64,000 nt of DNA, taken from positions 2,272,001-2,336,000 of the forward strand of contig CBDETK010000013.1 of the NCBI GenBank assembly GCA_965242865.1. Direction: 5' to 3'. The stretch comes from Candidatus Latescibacterota bacterium. Its GTDB lineage: Bacteria > Latescibacterota > UBA2968 > UBA8231. Position numbers and translations under genes: made by a program. The stretch's first letter is position 1. Each line of letters opens with the position of its first letter. Below, in pieces: positions 50,680 through 60,402 of the stretch. The notes under the pieces are model-generated. The model was given only the letters and a program-made list of their open reading frames with translations, made no database searches and had not been told where the DNA came from.

Positions 50680-51860
50680 AGCTTTGTATTCTCACTGATA
50701 GTCGAGTTGGGATAAAGTTCCTCTTCGATTTTGTGAAGATAATTCTCGGTAAATGGTAGCTGCACGTCAGAATCCGCTTTTGCAATCGCTCGGAAACATG
50801 TCTTTACGAGCCGTCTAGGATTCGAGTACGTGTTGGGACGGAAGACAATATCATCAGGAAACGGGAAAAGGTCTCCCATTGATTCGTCCTGTTCTCCTGA
50901 CCTAGCAGCAGCTATCCGTGACCTCATTAAGGCTAACGCTTCCTCACTCGCTAGAGACTCGATATCTAATATTTGGTCAGAAATGCGCTCAATTAACGAG
51001 GGCTCAAGCTCCTTGGTCGTCTCATAAGCATCGGGGGTCATCGACAAGACGATCCAGAAGTCAACCTGCTCGCTTTGAGCGAGGTTAATCAAACGTTTCA
51101 GTGTCGCCAAGTAATCGTGTGCCGCCCGTTTAGTAAGCCGCTTCTGAAGACCTATTTCCTCGAATTCGTCTATAAGAAACGCAATGGCTTTAGCACTCGT
51201 CCCTTGTGAGATCGTTTTCAGTATTGCGCGAAAGTAAGGTGCTTCCTCGCCTTCCGGGACCATGCTGCCCGTCTGTCGGGGTATGAAATCCCGATATTCA
51301 AAATATGGTTTCTTTACGATCTCAGTAACGATTCTGGTGAGACAGTTTGCGATTTGTTCGTCGGTCGTGACATCCGCATTTATAATGGCCTCTTGGAGGT
51401 GGCTTGTCATATCCTGTTGTCGCCTCTGACGGAACGAACGAAACAAGTACTCCTCATAACCTTCTTGAAAAAGGTTTCCCTGATATGAATTAGACACATG
51501 TGAGCTAGCAAGCTCCCAGATGAATTTGGCAAAATCCTTACGGCCGACAGTGCGCAACAATGTATTAGCAAGATCATAAAATTGCACTCCTGGGTTATCA
51601 AAATAGAACGACTTGATTTGGCGGTTTGGAAAGATCTCGCTATGAAGCCATTGCAGGAGGCAGGTCTTTCCGGTACCGTACTCGCCGACGATGACGATGG
51701 CCTTTACTCCTTGGCCCATCTGATGGACATCGAGAAGTCCCATCGTATCTTCGCCTAGTTTATTCGGAGGAGCCAGCGTACCCAAGAGAGGTGCGCCTGT
51801 CGCAGAAGGCTCGAAAGGATTGGAATCAAGCCGGAGTTTTTGCAGGATGTTGGGTATCAT
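50676..51860 (-). CDS. P-loop AAA+ ATPase (BrxD/DUF2791- or Orc1/Cdc6-like)
   Basis: NPF N-terminus, Walker A GEYGTGKT, Walker B FLIDEFEE, LIER, NPRRLV. Confidence 0.8.
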   Translation of the reverse strand: MIPNILQKLRLDSNPFEPSATGAPLLGTLAPPNKLGEDTMGLLDVHQMGQGVKAIVIVGEYGTGKTCLLQWLHSEIFPNRQIKSFYFDNPGVQFYDLANTLLRTVGRKDFAKFIWELASSHVSNSYQGNLFQEGYEEYLFRSFRQRRQQDMTSHLQEAIINADVTTDEQIANCLTRIVTEIVKKPYFEYRDFIPRQTGSMVPEGEEAPYFRAILKTISQGTSAKAIAFLIDEFEEIGLQKRLTKRAAHDYLATLKRLINLAQSEQVDFWIVLSMTPDAYETTKELEPSLIERISDQILDIESLASEEALALMRSRIAAARSGEQDESMGDLFPFPDDIVFRPNTYSNPRRLVKTCFRAIAKADSDVQLPFTENYLHKIEEELYPNSTISENTKL

Positions 51861-52905
51861 AATCTGTGAACTCCATAGGTTTGAGAGTTATGTCTCTGTG
51901 TATGCGAATATGGGAAATATAGGGACCATTTGAAGCCTTATAATATCTTTTCAGCTCTAGATTTTCCCTTAGCGGAGATGTCGTCGTCAGCGTCGCGAGG
52001 GCACGAGAAGTGGGAATCAGGAAGATGTGATGGGGCCACTCGTGAATTAGCCAGTCGATCGCACTATAGAGCACACGGATCGGTTGTCTTTGTTCTTCGC
52101 AGCAACATGCGATGAGATCAAAAACAGAGAATGACGTCCATTCACCGGGCGTACGTAGTGAAAGAATGAAGCGTATAGTCTGAAGTACAGCGGTATCGAT
52201 TCCTTTCTCGGATAAGTTAGTCTGCAACACGGGAAACATGATCGTACTACCGCCAGATCGTTGACAGTATTCATCAATGAGCCCTAACTCATCACGCGCC
52301 CAGTAGCGTACACCATATAAAATCGCAGCCACGCTTGCGTGGGACGTAAGCCACGCTGTACGTCCCGTTATGCTATTTTGAAAAATGACCTCTCTCGTGT
52401 GAGAGGAACGGGGTCGGAACCACTTAACGGGAACACCGTTTTGCCGGAAACTGGAAACTGAATCGAAACTTGCGTCCGAGGACATAAAAAGATCAAAAAA
52501 AAGTGATCTGCATTGTTCGTTTTTCAAAACTAGTGCTGCAAAAGGGGCTTTCGCGGCATCACATAGCACCTGATCTCCGTTGGCTGGGATCGGCTGACGT
52601 AGCAGTTTGCAGACAATAGGATCATCATAGTTGACACGCAATATCCGTCCATCTCTTTGGAGTACGCCTAAGTGAATCAAGGTATTCCGATAGTGGTAAA
52701 GAGTGGTAGGTGCAGGAGGTGAACTACGCCGATTAATCGGGATGTTATTCTCCTGAACCAACTTATTGATCTCACTAGCCATTAGCCCGTTCGGAAAGTC
52801 TGCTACGGCTTTCAAGATACGATGTAGTCCAGCAAACGAGATGGTATGCATCCAGTATTCGCTCTGTCTCACGGGATATGGATGTTTATTGACCATTGTT
52901 TTCAT
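51826..52905 (-). CDS. Hypothetical protein, probable tandem winged-helix DNA-binding protein
   Basis: wHTH-like segments TTLYHYRNTLIHLGVL and YWARDELGLIDE; overlaps hsdS stop and ATPase start. Confidence 0.6.
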   Translation of the reverse strand: MKTMVNKHPYPVRQSEYWMHTISFAGLHRILKAVADFPNGLMASEINKLVQENNIPINRRSSPPAPTTLYHYRNTLIHLGVLQRDGRILRVNYDDPIVCKLLRQPIPANGDQVLCDAAKAPFAALVLKNEQCRSLFFDLFMSSDASFDSVSSFRQNGVPVKWFRPRSSHTREVIFQNSITGRTAWLTSHASVAAILYGVRYWARDELGLIDEYCQRSGGSTIMFPVLQTNLSEKGIDTAVLQTIRFILSLRTPGEWTSFSVFDLIACCCEEQRQPIRVLYSAIDWLIHEWPHHIFLIPTSRALATLTTTSPLRENLELKRYYKASNGPYISHIRIHRDITLKPMEFTDYDTQHPAKTPA

Positions 52906-54175
52906 TTAGCTCTCGCTTTAGAGACGAATCGTAAACCAACGATAGGTCGAGAACATCAACCCGCATCTCCCACGTCATCAGCTTGTACAGCAGCGTCTTG
53001 AACAAATCGTCGAGCACCGCTCGTTTTCTTCGGTGTAAGTCAATTTTGCGGTCAATAGCGGCGAGAATGGCGACGATTTCGCATTGTTCATTCAAGGACG
53101 GCACCGGAACTAACTGTTCCTTGACAATCCGATCCGTCACTGCCGGGTAGCTAGCGCCGGTCTCAATCATAGCGAGTTGTTGAACAAACTGCTCCCGTTG
53201 GACGACATAGCGGATGAAGTCTTCAACGGCCCTCTTAGGCTCCCGACGCAGGACACAGAACGCTGTAGAACAGACTTGATTATTGAGTTGTTCGGGAACG
53301 ACAGCAGTACGCAACAAAGTTGGCCGGACCGTAGCGAAAATCACATCACCCTTCAAGATGCGTTTCCGGGCTCGTCCGGGTGCTTTTCTGAGTTTGAAAC
53401 GGGACGTTGACTCGATCTGTAAGGACTCTCGGGATACCGAAGAGACATCTACATACTCAATTACTCTCTCGCCTTCACGCCGAAGGTCAACTGTTTCTGT
53501 TTTTTTGCAGAGCGTTCCGAGCGGTCTCAAATTCCAACTCTCCGGCACTGAGCCAATCTCGGTTTCCCTCTGCGCTTCGCCCCTGAGTCCACGACTGAAG
53601 AGCGTCTGCATCGCGGCGCGTTTCAAATCCCGCGCAAGTTCGACGCTCTGAGCATGGGTCTTGATCGCTTTCCGAATCCGCGAAAGGGCGGCGACTATCG
53701 CTAGCTGCTCGTCGATCGTTGGCTGCGGGACCTCAAGCCCTGCCAATCGACTACGCGACAGGTTTGGAATCGTGGTCTTGTTGCCCGCGCCTTCGAATAT
53801 GCCAAGCTGTGTAAAGGCGGATTGCAGGAAGTACACGTAAAAACGCGGCTCGACCTCCTCGACAATGGGCCGCAGCCGATGTAAGTGATTCTGAAACGAC
53901 ATGGTTTCGACTGCGCCGTTCCAGATTGCGGCCCGCCCGATCTCGCCGCCCTCGCACACAAGCAGGTCGCCCCGGCACAACAGCTTGGCTCGTAGCTCGC
54001 GGTCTGGAATCGCCATCTCATCTACAGACGACAAGTCAATTTCATCCCAGAGGACATTCGATGTCCGAAGGAATGGAGTCTTGTCAGGACCGTTGCGAGC
54101 GGCGGCGGACATGGTTTTTCCCGCGCCAATTTCGAATAGCTCCCCGAGAGGACGCCATGTCCACGCTCCATTCAT
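52886..54175 (-). CDS. hsdS: Type I restriction-modification specificity subunit
   Basis: Two TRDs with WTWRPLGE/WNLRPLG, EQLAIV/EQCEIV, ETEIGSVPESW, LLYKLMT. Confidence 0.92.
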   Translation of the reverse strand: MNGAWTWRPLGELFEIGAGKTMSAAARNGPDKTPFLRTSNVLWDEIDLSSVDEMAIPDRELRAKLLCRGDLLVCEGGEIGRAAIWNGAVETMSFQNHLHRLRPIVEEVEPRFYVYFLQSAFTQLGIFEGAGNKTTIPNLSRSRLAGLEVPQPTIDEQLAIVAALSRIRKAIKTHAQSVELARDLKRAAMQTLFSRGLRGEAQRETEIGSVPESWNLRPLGTLCKKTETVDLRREGERVIEYVDVSSVSRESLQIESTSRFKLRKAPGRARKRILKGDVIFATVRPTLLRTAVVPEQLNNQVCSTAFCVLRREPKRAVEDFIRYVVQREQFVQQLAMIETGASYPAVTDRIVKEQLVPVPSLNEQCEIVAILAAIDRKIDLHRRKRAVLDDLFKTLLYKLMTWEMRVDVLDLSLVYDSSLKRELNENNGQ

Positions 54176-54552
54176 TGCAGGCGCACCAACCCCTTGAGCC
54201 GCACGGCTGGCAACCTCTTCAACCGCTGATTCAGTGGGTCCACTTCTATACCGACGGATTCCAACGCCGTCACGCCCAGCAATGGCTCGGCGTCGGCCTC
54301 GCCGAATAGGATCGTCCCGCCAACGATCTCGCCCATAAACTCAATGTCAGCAGTGGTCACGTCCAGAACAAGGTCGCTCCCATCGGCCAGTTGGTATATC
54401 CTGCGGCCCTTCGGCTCCAGGCCGATGGCCTCTAGGTAAGGCCGGGGCACCAGGGAATCGGTGGCCCCTGTATCAACCAGAAACAGACCCTCCCAAAACC
54501 GGCCCGGCTGTGCGGGGTTGGTAATCCTAGCCGTTACATGCGTCGCTCCCAT
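54172..54552 (-). CDS. Clan AA (retropepsin-like) aspartic protease
   Basis: LVDTGATDS, LADGS, PLLGVTALES; GGAGG RBS. Confidence 0.85.
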   Translation of the reverse strand: MGATHVTARITNPAQPGRFWEGLFLVDTGATDSLVPRPYLEAIGLEPKGRRIYQLADGSDLVLDVTTADIEFMGEIVGGTILFGEADAEPLLGVTALESVGIEVDPLNQRLKRLPAVRLKGLVRLQ

Positions 54553-54587
54553 GCTTTCCTACCTCCTTCGATCCTGAATATCCGCGT

Positions 54588-56408
54588 CTATTGCAATCGT
54601 GCCAACATATCTGATAGGTGTGCATCCACCTCTCGGGCCTCTTCATCGAGGCACTGCATCTCGGTAATGATCTCCGAGATCGGCCGTTGAACTACCTCGT
54701 CAGCCTGCCCTACCCACCGGCTCGGACTCAAGTTGTAGTCCGCCTGCTCCGCCTGCTCTCGCGTAATCACCGCAATCTCGCCCTCCACCGGCTCACCCTT
54801 CACAAATGCCGTTGCAATCAGCCGAATGTCCTCTTGTGGAATGAAGTTCTTGGGCCGTCCCTTGCGAACTCGCCGACTGGCGTTGAGCAGCACGATCTTG
54901 CCCTGCCGGGCCTCTGGCTTGCGCTTCGACAACACCACGACCACGCCAGCGGCACTGGTGTTGTAGAACAGGTTGTCGGGCAACAGGATCACGCCGTCGA
55001 TCAAGTCGCGGTCCACGAACCATTTGCGGATGTTGCGTTCCCGGTCCTCGTGTTTGGCGCCTGCGCCGCGCGTCACCGCGCCGGTGTCGAGCACGACCGC
55101 GGCCCGCCCGCGCTCGTTCAGGCAGGCGAGCGTGTACTGAAGCCAAGCCCAATCGCCCTTGCCGGTGGTGACGCCGCCTTGGGGGCGGAAGCGATCAAAG
55201 GGGTCGTTGGCGAAGAGCGCCGGGCTGAATGGCTGATTCCACATGGGATTGGCGACCACGATGTCGTGGGTGGAAATCTGGCCAGTCGCGGTCTTGAACT
55301 TGGGATTGATCATAGTGTCGCCGCGCTCAATTGCCATCTCCATGTCGTGGATGATCCCGTTCATGCAGGCGACGGCGTAGCTCTCGGCTTGCAGTTCTTG
55401 GCCGTAGAGCTTGAGCGGTACGCGGCTGGTGGGGTCGAGCTCGCGGGCGACGAGTTGGAGCTTGACGAGCAAACCTGCCGAGCCGCAGGCGTAGTCGTGG
55501 CAATCCTCGCCGGGCCTCGGGCGCATGAGGTGCGCCATGAGGAAGCCGACTTCAGTGGGCGTGAAGAACTCGCCGGCACTTTGGCCCGAGCCTTCGGCGA
55601 ACTTGCGCAGCAGATACTCGTAGGCGCGGCCGAGGAAGTCGGGCTGCACATCGGCGAGGCCGAGCCGGTAGCGCGGGTCGGAAAAAGTCTCGATGACTTG
55701 GGTGAGCTTGGCCGGATTGATGTCGCGCTCGCCATTGCGCTCGGAGGCAAAATCGACAAAATCGATGACCCCCGAAAGCGAGGGATTCTGCCGCACGACC
55801 CCCCGCACGGCCCGTGTCAAATGCTCGCCGACATCTCGCGGCCGCATGCTGAGCGACCACTCGTAACCTTCGCGACCGCTGATGACGCCCCAACGAGCTT
55901 CCGGCGGCAGGTAGAATCGCAGCAGGGCGTGGTCGCTCTCGGCGATTTCCAGCGCAGTCGCCCGATCCCCGAACTCCTCGGCCAAGCGTTCAATCTCGTC
56001 GTCGAACACATCGGATAATCGCTTGAGGAATAGAAGCGGCAGCAGGTAGTCCTTGAATTTTGCCGCATCCTGCTCGCCGCGAATGGAGCAGGCCGCGTCC
56101 CACAGCATCTGTTCCATGGGCTTGGTCGAAGGCACGGCCGCACGGCCTTTGCCTGTCCGTCGCCGCGTCGCCCGCACGGCGGCTTCGGTTGCAGCCAACT
56201 CCATTGTGTCGATGCCCGATTCGGTAGCGAGTGCAGCGATGGCTTCTTGCGCGGCCTTCTGTGGCTTGATTGCGCCGCCTTCCCAGCGGTTGATGCTAGC
56301 GAAAGAGACGCCAAGCCGCTCGGCAAGCTGCTCTTGGGTGAGGTCGAGGCGGACGCGGATGGCGCGTAATGCAGCCGGAATATCGGATAATTCTGCTATA
56401 TTTGACAT
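54588..56408 (-). CDS. hsdM: Type I RM methyltransferase subunit with N-terminal XRE HTH fusion
   Basis: [21 protein letters not shown]; [10 protein letters not shown]; GEFFTP; DYACGSAG; ANPMW; LFYNT; YNLSPSRWV. Confidence 0.92.
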   Translation of the reverse strand: MSNIAELSDIPAALRAIRVRLDLTQEQLAERLGVSFASINRWEGGAIKPQKAAQEAIAALATESGIDTMELAATEAAVRATRRRTGKGRAAVPSTKPMEQMLWDAACSIRGEQDAAKFKDYLLPLLFLKRLSDVFDDEIERLAEEFGDRATALEIAESDHALLRFYLPPEARWGVISGREGYEWSLSMRPRDVGEHLTRAVRGVVRQNPSLSGVIDFVDFASERNGERDINPAKLTQVIETFSDPRYRLGLADVQPDFLGRAYEYLLRKFAEGSGQSAGEFFTPTEVGFLMAHLMRPRPGEDCHDYACGSAGLLVKLQLVARELDPTSRVPLKLYGQELQAESYAVACMNGIIHDMEMAIERGDTMINPKFKTATGQISTHDIVVANPMWNQPFSPALFANDPFDRFRPQGGVTTGKGDWAWLQYTLACLNERGRAAVVLDTGAVTRGAGAKHEDRERNIRKWFVDRDLIDGVILLPDNLFYNTSAAGVVVVLSKRKPEARQGKIVLLNASRRVRKGRPKNFIPQEDIRLIATAFVKGEPVEGEIAVITREQAEQADYNLSPSRWVGQADEVVQRPISEIITEMQCLDEEAREVDAHLSDMLARLQ

Positions 56409-56444
56409 AGATGTCAATATAACAGAATACCGATTGCACGTCAA
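56402..56444 (-). promoter_or_regulatory. Leaderless-type promoter with palindromic operator over the hsdM start codon
   Basis: Minus strand TTGACG-17-TATATT, 7 nt before ATG; palindrome TTGACAT-ag-ATGTCAA at 56402-56417. Confidence 0.6.
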
Positions 56445-56462
56445 TAGTGCTGCATTGTTTTT

Positions 56463-56497
56463 GTAGTATATTCGGATGTACATTCCGAATATACTAC
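56463..56497. repeat. Perfect 14-bp inverted repeat
   Basis: gtagtatattcgga-tgtacat-tccgaatatactac. Confidence 0.85.
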
Positions 56498-56627
56498 GAT
56501 CTAGGATGTGGATTCAGCGGCCTCACCTGTTCAGCCAGATTGGAGTACCCGCTCGCGCCGAATATAACGGCCCTGCCGCTAAAGAAAGTTGGCGGTCTCG
56601 CGCTGTCGGCGACGAGGAGTTGACTGT

Positions 56628-58058
56628 TTAGATCGCCAACTGCTTGCGCAACAATTCTTGCACGAGCTGGGGATTGGCCTTGCCCCGCGTCGCCCGCATC
56701 ACTTGACCCATCAGAAATTGCACGGTTTTGTGGTGGCCGCCCTTGATTTTGGCGACCGCGTCGGGATGCGCGGCGATCACGTCGGCTACCGCTTGGTCGA
56801 GTGCCTCGCTGTCGGAGATTTGCCCAAGGCCGCGTGCGGCGACGATCTCGGCCGGCGAGCCGCCCTGCTCCCACAATTGGCCAAAGACTTCGCGGGCCGC
56901 GTTTTGGTTGATCGCGCCCTTGTTGACTAAAGCGAGCAACTCGACGAGCGCGGCGGGCGGGACCGCAACGGCCTCAATGGACCGGCCCTCGGCGTTGAGG
57001 CGGCGAAAAATTTCCCCGGTGATCCAGTGGCCCACCTGTTTGGGGTCTGCGCCTTGTATCTGGGCGGCCTCTTCAAAATACGCGGCCACGGCTCGGTCTT
57101 CGACCAAAGCGGCGGTCTCCTGTGGAGTGAGGCCGTAGGCCACAACAAAGCGCGCGGCTTTGGCGGCAGGTAGCTCGGGCAAGCGGACGCGGACTTTGGC
57201 GATCCACTCGTCGTCGAGCTCGGCGACGAGCAGGTCGGGCTCGGGGAAGTAGCGGTAGTCGTCCGAGGTTTCTTTGCTGCGCTGCGGACGAGTGATCTGG
57301 GCGCGTTCGTCCCAACCCATCGTCTCTTGCTCGACGTGGCCGCCAGCTTCGACGATGCGCTGCTGGCGCTCGGCTTCATAGGCGATGGCGCTGCGCACGG
57401 CGCGGAAGGAATTGAGGTTTTTAACCTCGACCTTGGTGCCCAAGGCGCGGGTGCCGGCCGGCCGGATCGAGATGTTGGCCTCGCAGCGCATGGCCCCTTT
57501 CTCCATGTCGCCCGAGGACGCGCCTAGGTAGCGGACCATCTGGCGGATCTGGGTCAAGTACGCATAGCTCTCGTCGGCCGAGCGGAGCGCGGAGTCGGTG
57601 ACGATTTCCATCAGGGGGACGCCGGCGCGGTTGTAGTCTATCAAGCTGGCGCGGTCGGCGTGCTGGAGCTTGCCGGTGTCCTCCTCGAGATGGACGCGGA
57701 CGACGCCGATTGGCTTGGGGCCGTTCTCGCCGCTGATTGCGATCCAGCCGCTCTCGCACAGGGGTTGCTCGTATTGCGAGATTTGGTAGCCCTTGGGCAA
57801 GTCGGGATAGACGTAGTTTTTGCGCGCAAAGACGCTGCGGGGTTTGATCTGGCAGTTGAGTGCCATGCCGGTCATAACCGTCAGCTCGAGGGCGCGGCCG
57901 TTGATGGCGGGCAAGGCCCCGGGTTGGCCGGTACACACCGGGCAGATGTGGGCGTTGGCCGCCACCTGAAAGTGATCGGCCGGGCAGGCGCAAAACATCT
58001 TGGAAGCGGTTTGCAACTCGACGTGGACTTCCATGCCGATGACGGTTTCGTAGCGCAA
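56628..58058 (-). CDS. gatB: Asp-tRNA(Asn)/Glu-tRNA(Gln) amidotransferase subunit B
   Basis: IGMEVHVEL, YPDLPKGYQISQ, HLEEDTGK, DYNRAGVPLMEIV, YRYFPEPDL, GQVMRATRGKANP; TTG start after AAGGAG. Confidence 0.95.
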   Translation of the reverse strand: MRYETVIGMEVHVELQTASKMFCACPADHFQVAANAHICPVCTGQPGALPAINGRALELTVMTGMALNCQIKPRSVFARKNYVYPDLPKGYQISQYEQPLCESGWIAISGENGPKPIGVVRVHLEEDTGKLQHADRASLIDYNRAGVPLMEIVTDSALRSADESYAYLTQIRQMVRYLGASSGDMEKGAMRCEANISIRPAGTRALGTKVEVKNLNSFRAVRSAIAYEAERQQRIVEAGGHVEQETMGWDERAQITRPQRSKETSDDYRYFPEPDLLVAELDDEWIAKVRVRLPELPAAKAARFVVAYGLTPQETAALVEDRAVAAYFEEAAQIQGADPKQVGHWITGEIFRRLNAEGRSIEAVAVPPAALVELLALVNKGAINQNAAREVFGQLWEQGGSPAEIVAARGLGQISDSEALDQAVADVIAAHPDAVAKIKGGHHKTVQFLMGQVMRATRGKANPQLVQELLRKQLAI

Positions 58059-58080
58059 GGGATGCTCCTTGGGGCGAGCT

Positions 58081-59958
58081 TCAGGCGAAGAGGACGTGCT
58101 GGCGGAGGAAGGCTTCGCAGGCTTGGTAGAAGGCCCGCACGGTCTCGGGTTTGCGCCAGCCATGGCCCTCGCCTTCGTACAGATGATAGACGTGCGGTAT
58201 GTTGCGGCGGCGCAACGAGGCCGCGATCTCCTCGGCTTGGGCCGGCGGCACCACTTGGTCGTCGGTCCCCTGAAAGAGAGCGAGCGGGTCGCGCAGTTGG
58301 TCGGCCGCGTAAATCGGCGAGCGCTCGCGATAGACCGCCGCCGCTTCGGGCAGCGGGCCGAGCATGGAGTCGAGGTAGCGGGATTCAAATTTGTGGGTGT
58401 CTGCGGCGAGCGCGAAGAGGTTGGCCACGCCGTAGAGGCAGATGCCAGCGCGGAAAAAGCCCGGCCGCGTAGTCAGCGCCCGCAAGACCGTGTAGCCACC
58501 AGCGCTGCCGCCCATGATGACGAGGCGCTCCGGGTCGGCCAAGCCGCGGGCGACGAGGTGCTGGGCACCGCCGATGGCATCTTCGACATCGAGGACGCCC
58601 CAGCGAGTGCGTAGGGCCTTCATGTACTCCCGACCGCGCCCGGTGCTCCCTCGGTAGTCCACGTCGAGGACGGCAAAGCCGCGAGTGGCAAAAAACTGCT
58701 GGGTCGGCTCAAAGCCGGTCTCGATCTGGCCGGTGGGGCCGCCGTGAATCAGGACGATCAGCGGCGGCCGGCCCCGGCCGGCAAAGCGGCGGTGGGCCGG
58801 AGGATAGTACAGCCCATAGACTTGCGCGGCATCCTCGCTGGCCCAAGAAACCGGCTCGGGCGTGGAGAGGTCGGCGGGGGCCAGCGACTCGCTGGCCGAG
58901 CGAGCGCGGACGGCTACTCGGCTCGCCGTACCGGCGACGATGCGCGCGGGAATCGCGCTGGCCACGGCAATGCAGGCCAAGCCCTGGCCGCGCGGGGCCG
59001 CAGCGAGCTGTTCGATGTGGGTGTACGCGGCCAGCCCTTCAACCGGGGCGACCGCCCCGCTGGCAAAGTCGAGGGCGTAGGCCCGGCGCTGGGCGTTCTC
59101 GCTGCGCACGAAATACAAGGTGCGGCTATCGGCGGCCCACGAGAACGTCCGCAGGCCCTGTACCCAAGCCGGAGTGGCGACGTCGTTGGCGTCCTCGCAC
59201 AAGCAGCGCGTGGCACCGCGGGCGAGGTCGTAGCACCAGAGGTTGCTGTAACCGCGCTCGTCCGAGGCATAGACCAGATAGCGGCCGTCGGGAGAAAAGC
59301 AAGGTTGGGCAATGGCCGTGTCTGCGCCGCCGGCGAGCACCTCGGTGGTACGCAGGCTGGGCAGCCCGCGCCGGCTGCGCGCAAGCTGGCCCAGCACGAG
59401 GCGGGTGCCGTCCCAAGGCATTTGCGGATGATCCCACTCAACCCAAGCCAAGCGGTCACCTCTGGGGTGCCAAGCCGGCTGCATGTAGAAGTCGGCACCT
59501 TCGGCGAGAATTTGCGGCCAAAAGCTCCCGGCCGCATCGACGATGGCCAATACATCGCGGCCTTCGTAACTGTGGACGTACGCGAGGTGACGCCCGGTTG
59601 GCGACGGCGTAGGAGACGCAGCGTGGCCAAACTGGGGCGTGATGGGCTGGGCGGGGCCGCGGGCTAGCGGCTGGCGGTAGAGGCGACCGTCGTGCTCGGC
59701 AAAGTACGCGTGGCCGTGGGCTACGGCAAAATCGCCGCCGCCGTAGCCGACTTGAGCGCGCACTGAGAGCGCGGCGTTGAGGTCGCGCGGGGCACCGCCC
59801 GGCTCTTGGCAGACGAGCACACCCTGCGGCCCGCGCCCCTCCAGCCAGACGAGGGTGCGGCCGTCGGCATCCCAAGCCACATCGCGGAGGCGCGTGGAAT
59901 GGGCCAACTCGTCGGGCGAGAGGGGGCTGGGCCACGAGCCAAAGGGGCGGACCTCCAT
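58081..59958 (-). CDS. S9 family peptidase (prolyl oligopeptidase/acylaminoacyl peptidase)
   Basis: PFGSWPSP, HGGPT, YRGSTG, GGSAGG, QGTDD, EGHG. Confidence 0.92.
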   Translation of the reverse strand: MEVRPFGSWPSPLSPDELAHSTRLRDVAWDADGRTLVWLEGRGPQGVLVCQEPGGAPRDLNAALSVRAQVGYGGGDFAVAHGHAYFAEHDGRLYRQPLARGPAQPITPQFGHAASPTPSPTGRHLAYVHSYEGRDVLAIVDAAGSFWPQILAEGADFYMQPAWHPRGDRLAWVEWDHPQMPWDGTRLVLGQLARSRRGLPSLRTTEVLAGGADTAIAQPCFSPDGRYLVYASDERGYSNLWCYDLARGATRCLCEDANDVATPAWVQGLRTFSWAADSRTLYFVRSENAQRRAYALDFASGAVAPVEGLAAYTHIEQLAAAPRGQGLACIAVASAIPARIVAGTASRVAVRARSASESLAPADLSTPEPVSWASEDAAQVYGLYYPPAHRRFAGRGRPPLIVLIHGGPTGQIETGFEPTQQFFATRGFAVLDVDYRGSTGRGREYMKALRTRWGVLDVEDAIGGAQHLVARGLADPERLVIMGGSAGGYTVLRALTTRPGFFRAGICLYGVANLFALAADTHKFESRYLDSMLGPLPEAAAVYRERSPIYAADQLRDPLALFQGTDDQVVPPAQAEEIAASLRRRNIPHVYHLYEGEGHGWRKPETVRAFYQACEAFLRQHVLFA

Positions 59959-59959
59959 C

Positions 59960-60337
59960 CTACTGCTCCATCAGCTCGATCTTGACATTATCTGGGCCGT
60001 TGATAAAGACGATGCGGCGGCCGTCGTCGAGCGTCACAGGCCCCATCCAGATCTCGACGCCGTGCTCGTCGATGGCGGCGAGGGTTTGATCGAAGTCGTC
60101 GGAGACGAGGGCGAGGTGGTCGTAGCCTTGGTAGCGGCCCAATTCCATCGGGGCAAACTCGCGGTCCGTGACGGTGATTTGCACCGCGCCGATGTGGACT
60201 GGAACCCAAGTCGCTCCGCCGCGCTCAAAGGGCGGGTCGCTGGTGGCGCCAAAGAGCTTTTTGTACCAAGCGACGGCCGCGTGGACGTCGGCGGCCTCGT
60301 GGTGGACGTGGTCGAAGGTGTAGTTAGGCATGAGCAA
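59960..60337 (-). CDS. VOC (glyoxalase) family protein
   Basis: DHVH, DHLAL, FINGPDNVKIELM. Confidence 0.85.
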   Translation of the reverse strand: MLMPNYTFDHVHHEAADVHAAVAWYKKLFGATSDPPFERGGATWVPVHIGAVQITVTDREFAPMELGRYQGYDHLALVSDDFDQTLAAIDEHGVEIWMGPVTLDDGRRIVFINGPDNVKIELMEQ

Positions 60338-60402
60338 TCCTTTCTGTTGAGTGCCCGAAAGTTCGCAAAAAGGGCCTTGCTGTCAAGGGAAGTAGGCTCG
60401 CG

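Noticed and set aside
48679-52905. Calling the cassette BREX, DISARM or Ssp/Dnd
   Set aside because: No PglZ, large BrxC, DrmA/B helicases or PAPS-reductase gene; the resemblance is limited to motifs.
56463-56497. Inverted repeat as the gatB intrinsic terminator
   Set aside because: AT-rich stem followed by A's, not U's, on the gatB strand; kept only as a possible operator.
56628-58058. gatB without adjacent gatC/gatA
   Set aside because: Split gat genes are common in many phyla.
56628-58388. 586-aa extended GatB, and similar long N-terminal extensions at 13885, 18790, 1761 and 40915
   Set aside because: The extensions overlap neighbouring real genes or regulatory DNA; internal starts fit the families and several have a clear RBS.
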